Shown piece by piece: positions 1-7,512 of a DNA stretch of 20,139 nt (the stretch's first letter is position 1; the number at the start of each line of letters is the position of its first letter). The notes below the pieces were generated by a model, which made no database searches, had not been told where the DNA came from, and saw nothing but the letters and a program-made list of their open reading frames with translations. Source of the stretch: a virus; IMG/VR virus record IMGVR_UViG_3300033121_001217. One strand, written 5' to 3'. Made by a program: the position numbers and the translations under genes.

Positions 1-998
1 GTGAGGGCCATTGTCTGTTGCTTGGAAAGGTTGTTTCCAACAAGATCAATGGTGACAAGAGAAGATAAAGTGGTTTCTCCACGCTTAGTATCCTTATACT
101 TCCAAGTTCCAACAAGAGCTGGAACCTTAGTATCGGTTTCAAAGAACGAAGATTCGTCAGAAGTATTGGTTTCAAATAACGCCTGAGCAGACGGAGGCGG
201 TTCATTGACACGAATATCAAACTGGTATTCATTCGTTTTCTTATCCCAACGAATGGTGCCGGTAAGACGGTCAATCTTGATCTGATTGTTCTCAGCATAT
301 TGCATAGTAACGTTGTTGAAAAACCAACATTCCTTGTCGTAATCATACAACATTTCACCGTTGAGAGTCACCGTCTGATAGATGGCCACAGGACCAGCAG
401 CGACGACATGATTCTTGAATTCCATCTTGTCATATTTCTTCAAAACAACCGTAGTGGTCTTGCCATTGACGGACCGAGTGATACTAACTGCGTTTCGCTG
501 AAGAGTTTCCAACCAATTCGCCGGACGAGCCAAAGGCTTTCCTTCAGCAGAACCTCCGAATTTACTGGAGAAACCACCAGCATTTCCCATAGGAAGAATG
601 GCAACTTCAAGGTTACCACGATCATACTGATACACGCCTTCCGTACTGATAGGAACATTTCCAATCATACGTCCAACGTTCTTCGTCTGAGCAGGATTCT
701 TGGGGTTCACCACGTCGCAGTTGATATCATAAGTCAACACACGGGGTTGAACAACACTCTTGCTCACCCAACCATCAATGAGTTGGGGTTGGTCAAGGAT
801 TGTTCCTTGAAACAGAGCAGAATTGGCAACGTTAACCGCTACGGTATAAGCGTCCTTCACACCCTTCGGCGGTGGCTTCTCGGTCTGCCGAGTGTTGAAC
901 TTGATGTCGATAGTTCCCTTGACAGGGAAGTTAGTCTGAGCAAAGGAATTGATTCCAAATGCCAGAACAGCCGTAATGAGGATTAGTGTATTTTTCAT
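1..998 (-). CDS. Secreted protein of unknown function. The 3' end lies outside the window. The N-terminus MKNTLILITAVLAFGINSFAQ is a type-I signal peptide. The reading frame stays open up to a second in-frame ATG at 1160, which would encode a lipoprotein-like leader, MKFKITAMAVILGVLFILYVFVGCG.
   Basis: I translated the minus strand by hand. The ORF is open from the ATG at 998..996 to the window edge. The N-terminus has a hydrophobic h-region followed by AQ-T, which is a signal-peptidase-like site. An A-rich leader sits immediately 5' of the 998 ATG. The ORF track does not list this gene because no stop codon falls inside the window. The plus-strand ORF at 300..986 is the antisense shadow of this gene. 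Confidence 0.6.
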   Translation of the reverse strand, partial: MKNTLILITAVLAFGINSFAQTNFPVKGTIDIKFNTRQTEKPPPKGVKDAYTVAVNVANSALFQGTILDQPQLIDGWVSKSVVQPRVLTYDINCDVVNPKNPAQTKNVGRMIGNVPISTEGVYQYDRGNLEVAILPMGNAGGFSSKFGGSAEGKPLARPANWLETLQRNAVSITRSVNGKTTTVVLKKYDKMEFKNHVVAAGPVAIYQTVTLNGEMLYDYDKECWFFNNVTMQYAENNQIKIDRLTGTIRWDKKTNEYQFDIRVNEPPPSAQALFETNTSDESSFFETDTKVPALVGTWKYKDTKRGETTLSSLVTIDLVGNNLSKQQTMAL

Positions 999-1167
999 TT
1001 TTTTTTGTTTTTTGTTATAGGTTGGGTAAAATTCCTCTACTTCTTCGGTCACCACGCCTTCAACATTTCTGTTGATGTCGGTTCTTCCACACCCCACAAA
1101 AACGTAAAGGATGAAAAGAACTCCGAGAATAACCGCCATTGCTGTGATTTTGAATTTCATGGTTTTA

Positions 1168-1944
1168 TTATCTAGAGGTTGCACGAACAGCGTTATTAAA
1201 AGCAGAGTTTACAGTAGCTTGTGTTTTGTTATCATTAACCACGGTTGCCACGTTAATCTGCTTTTGTTCCACTTTCTCGTTATTCTCCAACAAGGCAATT
1301 TCCAAGTCGGCGAATGACTGATTAAGTTTAGTCTGAACGCTTTCAAGTGCGGTTTCAATACAAATCTTGTCAAAAGCATCACCTTCCATCTGACCAGCCG
1401 CTTCATTCATTGCCATAGCAGCCAATGCCATCTTCCACTTGCGGTCAGTCTTTTCAATGGTTCTGGAAAACTCTTCCAAAGCATCCTTAGCATCTTGATA
1501 CTTTTGCTGACGGAGTTCAAGGAGTTTCTTCATCTTGCCCAACTGTTCAACATAAGTCTGAGCATCTTCAAGACCTTCCTTGACATACTGTTTCACTTGG
1601 TCACCAAAATTAAGAACCTGACCCGCAAAGATTCGGATGTTTTCCTTAAATTCTTTGAGAGCAACCTCTTTCTTAACATATTCAGTTTGAAGGGTTTCAA
1701 CAGGATTTTTCATCGCTTCACTCTTGAGTGCCTTAAGTCTCCAATTAGAGACTTTGAGAGCGAACCACGGAAGCATATTGACTGCTGTAAATGAAATGCC
1801 AGCAGCAATAGCCAATCCCAAAATTCCTCCAATAGCGGTTAGTACAAAGGGGGCGACTAGAAATCCAACGACGCCAACACCTACGATTTTCAACGTAGTT
1901 TCAATACGTTGCTTTCTCTGTTCGGGAGTTAGTTGTTTGCTCAT
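1168..1944 (-). CDS. Membrane protein with two N-terminal transmembrane helices followed by a long coiled-coil domain. Function unknown.
   Basis: This is a 258-aa ORF. A hydrophobic stretch, VGVGVVGFLVAPFVLTAIGGILGLAIAAGISF, is followed by heptad-like K/E-rich sequence. A ribosome-binding site is plausible. Confidence 0.6.
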   Translation of the reverse strand: MSKQLTPEQRKQRIETTLKIVGVGVVGFLVAPFVLTAIGGILGLAIAAGISFTAVNMLPWFALKVSNWRLKALKSEAMKNPVETLQTEYVKKEVALKEFKENIRIFAGQVLNFGDQVKQYVKEGLEDAQTYVEQLGKMKKLLELRQQKYQDAKDALEEFSRTIEKTDRKWKMALAAMAMNEAAGQMEGDAFDKICIETALESVQTKLNQSFADLEIALLENNEKVEQKQINVATVVNDNKTQATVNSAFNNAVRATSR

Positions 1945-2038
1945 AACTTATTTTTTGTTTTTCCGACATGCCAAACTCAATTAGGTTCTCGTTTTTTGAT
2001 TTAGAACGAGATCATCATCTATGATAAAGAGGAAACTG

Positions 2039-2245
2039 TCAATAGAAAAACTGAACACCCCACCAACTTCTGAGGATAACAACGTTATTGTTGTTAAAGT
2101 GTTCGACGTGATCTATAGAACGGTACATTGGAGAGTTTTGAGCATTGATTTTAACATCAATGCTCAACTCCACTCTAGCGTCATCAGGAAGATTTTTTAT
2201 TTTTTCTTTTAGTTCTTTTATTGTCATGCCAATAAATATGATCAA
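2039..2245 (-). CDS. Small hypothetical protein of 68 aa.
   Basis: Its start overlaps the stop of the upstream phosphatase gene in an ATGA arrangement at 2242-2245, which suggests translational coupling. Confidence 0.4.
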   Translation of the reverse strand: MIIFIGMTIKELKEKIKNLPDDARVELSIDVKINAQNSPMYRSIDHVEHFNNNNVVILRSWWGVQFFY

Positions 2246-2934
2246 TCTAAAGGCAATGGCGTATATTCTGGAAATTGAAATGGGTGGGTGTATTTCTCGT
2301 ATAAACGAACAGGAGTAATCAGATTGTATTTATCAAACATTCCTTTTTCCAAAACAAAATACTCACAATTTCTTGGGTTTCTGATTTTTTCAAATTCCTC
2401 CACCTTAAAATGAAACCATCTCATAAGAAATAGTCTCAATGTCATTCCGTGATTTACTATAATAGCATTATCAGGAAAATTATCTTTTTGAAAATCACGA
2501 AAGAGTGTATTTAAAAAATCGCTAACTCGATCAAAAACATCAGCACAAGATTCACCATCCGGAAACCTCCAATAAAAATGTCCATACTCGTCTCGTTCCT
2601 TTTCATATTCCATTTGGAATGCTCGACCAGATTTATGCCCCCATTCTTGTTCACGCAATCTTGGGTCTTCATATACAGGTTGAAGTTTAGAAGGATCAAA
2701 CCACTTTTTGATTTCCGCCGTGGTTTCTCTTGCCCGCCAAAACGGTGAAGTATAAAACTTGACAGTTTCTTTTCCACCAATCAACAACTTTAAAGACTTT
2801 CCGGCATCATGAGCTTGTTTTCGACCTAATTCAGTGAGGTGAACAGAATAATCAGGCTTTTCTTTGTAAATATCCTTGTTTACGTTGCCTTCAGATTGCC
2901 CGTGTCTGACAAGTATAATGCGTTTAGGTTTCAT
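2242..2934 (-). CDS. Histidine phosphatase superfamily protein of the phosphoglycerate-mutase-like branch 1.
   Basis: The N-terminal motif LVRHGQSEGN is the catalytic RHG motif. The length, 230 aa, fits the family. The gene overlaps the upstream phosphoribosyltransferase gene by 4 nt. Confidence 0.75.
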   Translation of the reverse strand: MKPKRIILVRHGQSEGNVNKDIYKEKPDYSVHLTELGRKQAHDAGKSLKLLIGGKETVKFYTSPFWRARETTAEIKKWFDPSKLQPVYEDPRLREQEWGHKSGRAFQMEYEKERDEYGHFYWRFPDGESCADVFDRVSDFLNTLFRDFQKDNFPDNAIIVNHGMTLRLFLMRWFHFKVEEFEKIRNPRNCEYFVLEKGMFDKYNLITPVRLYEKYTHPFQFPEYTPLPLD

Positions 2935-3620
2935 TTTGCCGAAATATCTTTCATTACCGTAAATCCAACAACCTGTTTTGTGTACGGTTCCAGTATCCGT
3001 GAAATCTCACACATTGTCAACCCTTCACCAAATGTGTCATCGACGACTAAAACCTTTTTGTTTTTAATCAAATCAGTATTTTTTATATTCAATTCAAGAA
3101 AATTTTCAAAATACCGTCTAAACCTCGTTGGAAAATATGATACTTTAGAAACTTTATCATAGTGTAACCGTCTGGAATGTTGATACGATTCGGGAACTTT
3201 TTCTTTTGTTTTTGGAGATTGTTCTCTATCAACAAGATGACGGTTTAACTTTATATTTCTAACTCTTGTTTTTTTAAAACCTTTATAAATGGCCACTCCT
3301 TTAAAATCACAATCCATTAAAATCTTATCTATAACACGTTTCACTACATCAGATGAAGAAGGCGTACCAATGATGATATCAAACTCATTAATATCATATT
3401 CTTGTAAAAAAACCAACAGCGATTCAATGATCATATTGCTTGACAAAACCTTGTCAAGCTCAGATTTTGGATGTTTAAATCTATCTATGGCATCCCGTCT
3501 CTGATGCTTATTTAAGCCTTTCGGTTCAAAATAAGTATGATACCAAACCGTTCGCCCACAGAGAGTTCTTCTTCTAAGAGAAGTTTTTCTACACTTAGTT
3601 AAATTAAAAGGACTTACCAT
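2931..3620 (-). CDS. Type-I phosphoribosyltransferase domain protein, ComF-like or amidophosphoribosyltransferase-like.
   Basis: The C-terminal motif KVLVVDDTFGEGLTMCE is the PRPP-binding loop of type-I phosphoribosyltransferases: hydrophobic residues, then DD, then a T-x-G loop. The protein is 229 aa. Confidence 0.65.
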   Translation of the reverse strand: MVSPFNLTKCRKTSLRRRTLCGRTVWYHTYFEPKGLNKHQRRDAIDRFKHPKSELDKVLSSNMIIESLLVFLQEYDINEFDIIIGTPSSSDVVKRVIDKILMDCDFKGVAIYKGFKKTRVRNIKLNRHLVDREQSPKTKEKVPESYQHSRRLHYDKVSKVSYFPTRFRRYFENFLELNIKNTDLIKNKKVLVVDDTFGEGLTMCEISRILEPYTKQVVGFTVMKDISAK

Positions 3621-3627
3621 ATTTTAT

Positions 3628-4134
3628 TTAATATTCGTAATAATCTGAATCATTGTCATTTCCTGTTTCAATATAAGAATCCGTATTGAATAAAAACCTC
3701 TTTAAAGAATGTTTGTTCTCAAACATCTCGATATTCGAACCTTCGTAACTTGCGGATTGATGGTCAATATATGCCCATGTGTTTTTACCATCGGCATAGT
3801 CGGTGTTGATGTTCCATTCAATTTCTTCAACACCGATGGTTTCTTTAATAACCTCTTCTAACATGGCAAGCCACTTTTCCCCACGTTCATCCTTATATTG
3901 AATCAAATAATAAGACTGTAGGTAAGCAAAAATCAACTTGGAACCGAAATCTGAATATTTTTCTCGTTCCCAACCAAATTCAGTATGACCAAGTTTGCCA
4001 TCAACAACCAATGTAGTCATGCCAGCCGGCTCATATATCTTACGAAGTTCATACGATTCATCTTTATCGTTATGACTGATAACGATGAAACTGCTTGAAC
4101 TACTATTGCTAACAAATCCACTTCTAATTTTCAT
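3628..4134 (-). CDS. Tag-family protein 1. It has the N-terminus MKIRSGFVSNSSSSSF followed by a unique 150-aa domain.
   Basis: The N-terminal 16 residues are shared with eight other ORFs in this window. A Shine-Dalgarno-like site, agagga, lies 7 nt upstream of the start. Confidence 0.8.
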   Translation of the reverse strand: MKIRSGFVSNSSSSSFIVISHNDKDESYELRKIYEPAGMTTLVVDGKLGHTEFGWEREKYSDFGSKLIFAYLQSYYLIQYKDERGEKWLAMLEEVIKETIGVEEIEWNINTDYADGKNTWAYIDHQSASYEGSNIEMFENKHSLKRFLFNTDSYIETGNDNDSDYYEY

Positions 4135-4267
4135 TGATATCCTCTTCTATGTTTACTCGGATGTCATCTATCTTTGCAACTATTCCGTAATCTCCACAAT
4201 ACAATTTAACGTTGTATTTCTTTAAAAGAAGTTTGAGTTCTTTTAAAAATTCGTGAAAGTTTTTCAT
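4125..4267 (-). CDS. Small hypothetical ORF of 46 aa.
   Basis: I translated it by hand as MKNFHEFLKELKLLLKKYNVKLYCGDYGIVAKIDDIRVNIEEDINEN. It overlaps the start of tag-family gene 1 by about 10 nt. It is too short to appear in the ORF track. Confidence 0.3.
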
Positions 4268-4269
4268 AA

Positions 4270-4389
4270 TTAAACTGCCCACGGTTTATCAGGAAACTCA
4301 CCAGTAGCCGATTCAGGACTAATGTGAATTTCCTTATACAAAGGACACTCACGGTTAAGTTCAAACAAACGCTTACGCCAGTTGTTCAT
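4270..4389 (-). pseudogene. Duplicated remnant of the C-terminus of the radical-SAM gene, 39 aa long. This is probably a footprint of homing-endonuclease insertion.
   Basis: The hand translation MNNWRKRLFELNRECPLYKEIHISPE... matches the last residues of the 5356..6450 radical-SAM protein, NWRKRLFGLSRECPIYPEIRI, at 13 of 17 positions. The codons differ, so the DNA itself has diverged. Confidence 0.5.
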
Positions 4390-4428
4390 AGAACATTAAC
4401 ACCCTTCATTGATAAAGTCAACAACACT

Positions 4429-5307
4429 TTAGACATGTTTACATCTAAATCCTTTATATTGTTTATATCGACCATTGGCACAACATACCATGTTTCCGTT
4501 ATTAAGACCATATTGCCTACAAAACTCTCTCAGTCCTTTTATTTTTTCTTCGTGTCCATCGGGGAATGTTACGATGTATTCTTTTTGTGCTTTTATATTA
4601 GAAACCCCAAAAAGAGGGTTATTTTTTCCCCTGTATTTTTCCGGATTATTTTTAACTGCTTTAAAAAAAGGATTATTTTCACCTACGATGTTGTTAATTT
4701 TCCAATTTTCTTTTTCTTCTTTTGAAAGTTTATTTATCCAACACCGTTCTTTTCTTTCACGTTTAGATAATTTTTTTTGATAATTGTTATCTCCTTTAAA
4801 ATTAGATACCCATTTTTCATAATCATCATCTGACATTTTATTAGTGAAATGGTTCTCTCCTTTTAAATTTGGGTTGTTAAAATTTGGATTTCTACATCCA
4901 ATTCTATTTTTTTTCAACCACAATTCTTTTTTACGTTTAGACATACGGTTTAAATAATGATATTTTCCGGAAGATCCAAAATTATTATCACCGCCTCTTG
5001 TTAGATTATATCCATTTTCTCCATCAGGAGCATATGTCTTAAACTGTTTTATGTAAAAAATTTCTTTGTCATTTAATTCCGGAGTATTACATACTTCTAT
5101 AATTTCCCATAAAAAACTTTCTATTCCATATTTTCTAATTGCTCTATGAAATAGATAATTGTATTGACTGTGGTTTTTTCTGAAAGAGCTTTTCTTGTGT
5201 GAATGTATCCTTTTTTCGAGAATGTCTATTGTTTGCCCTATATAAGATTTGTTGTTAACAACGTTTGTTGCTTTATAAATTATACCAAATTTAGGTTTAT
5301 TATTCAT
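4429..5307 (-). mobile_element. GIY-YIG homing endonuclease with NUMOD3-type DNA-binding repeats, of the T4 Seg / I-TevI type. The likely start is the internal Met, MNNKPKFGIIYKA...
   Basis: The catalytic motifs are GIIYKATN...YIGQT, RIHSHK and YNLTRGG. Repeated NPNF, NPLFG and GENHF motifs are NUMOD-like. The ORF-track extension MIRVLLLG... to 5346 is probably spurious. Confidence 0.8.
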
Positions 5308-5355
5308 GTAAATAAATAGTAAACCTAAGAGCAAAACACGTATCAAAGATTGATA

Positions 5356-6450
5356 TTATATTCTTATCTCGGGATAAATTGGGCATTCCCGAGACAATCC
5401 AAAAAGACGTTTTCTCCAATTCACGGATTTTTCATGATTCCAATCGTCTTTCAAAAAATCGTTAATTTTTAAAATATCAATTGGTTCCTCTTTATCCTCT
5501 CCAAAACTACATGGATACGAAATTCCGTCCGTATTACAATACCAACTAAAAAGTTTCGATTCGCACCGTTCACAACAATTTAGAATGTTTTCCTTAATCT
5601 CATTAGTTATTTTAGTGGAATTGGTGATGGCCAATTCTGTTTTTGGACTACTACACGAATCAAACCCGTATCTGATGTTATTTTCCATACAATACTCTAC
5701 CAACTTAACATAAGCATCTGTCGGCAAAACATCAAATGCCTGTCCTCTGTTTTTTGGCTTCAATCCCAAAAAGACGATGGCATTCAATTGTTCAAGTCTT
5801 GAATCGTTTTGTATAGCATTACAAACTTCATATGCCTTCTCAATAGATTTATTATGAATGACATAATGAATGTTTATCTGTTTTCCGCCTCTGGAAATAA
5901 TTCTGTGAATCAGATCATAAGCATTTTCTTCCCTCGGCGGAACAACTGAGATAGCCATTGCTCCACATAGTTTAACTAACTTATCAATTTGTTCATCGGT
6001 TAACGGATCCGATCCATTAATTGTGACATTAGGAACGATATCATTATTTCTACAGTGTTGAAAAATATCAAAGATTTCAGGATGCGATCCGATAGAAGTT
6101 ATGCCGAAAGCAATTTGACAAATAAACAAATTCCCATCAATTCTAGGAAATTGATTCAAGATTTTCTTAAATGTATCCAACGACATGTTATCTGGAGTTC
6201 CTGGTTTGGAGTTATTTCCTTTATAACACATCGGACATGAAACTGGACACCCACCGCCGTCCTTGCCGCTAGCAGAAATTTCAATATCGGCAATTTCAGG
6301 CCCAAAAGGAGACCAAGTTGGGTCATCCGATTCGGTAGCCCCCCATCTCATAAAATGACCATTAAAAATATTGAAATTGTAATTGTAATTCTTGCTTCGG
6401 AATTTTTTAATTCCGTTTTCGATTATCAAAGTTGGAGCATTGTTCATCAT
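5356..6450 (-). CDS. Radical-SAM enzyme with a C-terminal Cys-rich auxiliary domain of the SPASM or twitch type.
   Basis: The motif CPVSCPMCY has the CxxxCxxC spacing followed by an aromatic residue. The C-terminus carries a second cysteine cluster, NCCERCES...YCNTDGISYPC. The protein is 364 aa. Confidence 0.7.
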   Translation of the reverse strand: MMNNAPTLIIENGIKKFRSKNYNYNFNIFNGHFMRWGATESDDPTWSPFGPEIADIEISASGKDGGGCPVSCPMCYKGNNSKPGTPDNMSLDTFKKILNQFPRIDGNLFICQIAFGITSIGSHPEIFDIFQHCRNNDIVPNVTINGSDPLTDEQIDKLVKLCGAMAISVVPPREENAYDLIHRIISRGGKQINIHYVIHNKSIEKAYEVCNAIQNDSRLEQLNAIVFLGLKPKNRGQAFDVLPTDAYVKLVEYCMENNIRYGFDSCSSPKTELAITNSTKITNEIKENILNCCERCESKLFSWYCNTDGISYPCSFGEDKEEPIDILKINDFLKDDWNHEKSVNWRKRLFGLSRECPIYPEIRI

Positions 6451-6521
6451 GCGATTGCGTACGTGTGTTAATGTTTACGAGGAATACTCTATCACCTTTT
6501 TATATCGGTGTCAAGTGCTAA

Positions 6522-7442
6522 TCAAAAAAACGGATTTTCTTTGTCAGTTGGAACGGAACAATATTCAGGAACTTTGTATTCCCCCTCTTTTCTAAAAACC
6601 AACACAAATTCATGAATTTTGCTTGTATATCTTTTTGCTGCCGCCTTCTCCAATTGCATTGCTGAAAACGGTGTTATGTTTTCCATAACAATTAGATCGT
6701 GATTAGAAAAACCGGCTTTTTTAAAACTTCTTATTGTATCTGCGTGGAATGACAATAACTCACAATCTTTTCTGAAATCGGCAACAACCCAAATACAAAA
6801 TGTTCCAGGTTTCAATACTCTAAAACAACTGACTGCTGTTTTGTCTACTGACTCTATAAACTTATCATAGTCATCTATATCCGATAACTGTCCATCTACA
6901 CTTTCATACTTTTCTATATTAAAATAAGGTGGACATGTAAACACTAAATCAGCAAAATCATTAGGAGTGTTTTCCATCTTAGTGCCGTCCCCCAAATACA
7001 ATGTTGGCGAATCTATTAATTTTCCTTGGTTATTCAAACTCCGAAAATGTTTTAAAGCACGGTTATATGTGTTTGGTGTAATTTCATATCCAAAATATTG
7101 TCTTTTCAGAAAAGTAGTTACAACCGCTCTTGTGACTCTGCCAGCAAATGGATCTACTACCTTCGCTCCTTTTAACGACCAGTATTTTACAATGTTTTCA
7201 GCAAGACCTGCATGAAACTCGGACATCTTGGCAACACCATCTTTGTTTCTGAGGCCATATCCTTTTCGTTTATCAATTTCGTCGTCATAAAGATAAGCAA
7301 TCGACTCCCATTCGGCCTTTGACTCTTTAGTTGGTTTAAATATAGAAAACGGTTTGAATCCGAATTGATCTATTACAGATTTGTCTGATCGAAATGGCAA
7401 AAGTTGTTTGTATTCTTGTTGATTGCCGGCGGGTTTTACCAT
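6522..7442 (-). CDS. DNA methyltransferase, amino-methyltransferase of the N6-adenine or N4-cytosine type.
   Basis: Motif I is VVDPFAGRVTRAV. Motif IV is DLVFTCPPYF, about 65 residues downstream, which is the gamma-class motif order. Confidence 0.7.
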   Translation of the reverse strand: MVKPAGNQQEYKQLLPFRSDKSVIDQFGFKPFSIFKPTKESKAEWESIAYLYDDEIDKRKGYGLRNKDGVAKMSEFHAGLAENIVKYWSLKGAKVVDPFAGRVTRAVVTTFLKRQYFGYEITPNTYNRALKHFRSLNNQGKLIDSPTLYLGDGTKMENTPNDFADLVFTCPPYFNIEKYESVDGQLSDIDDYDKFIESVDKTAVSCFRVLKPGTFCIWVVADFRKDCELLSFHADTIRSFKKAGFSNHDLIVMENITPFSAMQLEKAAAKRYTSKIHEFVLVFRKEGEYKVPEYCSVPTDKENPFF

Positions 7443-7462
7443 GTTAATATTTTATGTTAAAT

Positions 7463-7501
7463 AAACACCGATGACAACTTTTTACATTGTCATCGGTGTT
7501 T
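7463..7501. terminator. Perfect 15-bp inverted repeat with a 9-nt loop, lying between the ATPase stop and the methyltransferase start.
   Basis: The left arm aaacaccgatgacaa at 7463-7477 pairs with the right arm ttgtcatcggtgttt at 7487-7501. Neither strand has a strong U-tract, so this may be an attenuator, a processing site or an operator. Confidence 0.5.
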
Positions 7502-7512
7502 ATAGTAATATT

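Noticed and set aside
300-986. A 228-aa plus-strand ORF, together with a 74-aa minus-strand ORF at 440..664.
   Set aside because: The plus-strand ORF is the antisense shadow of a real minus-strand gene at 1..998 that I translated by hand. That gene has a signal peptide and a protein-like composition. The plus-strand ORF has an odd composition and no ribosome-binding site, and the 74-aa ORF is in a different minus frame inside the same gene.
1986-2012. A small inverted repeat, tctcgtt...aacgaga, downstream of the 68-aa ORF, as a possible terminator.
   Set aside because: It has only a 7-bp AT-rich stem with an 11-nt loop and no flanking U-tract on either strand, which is too weak to call.
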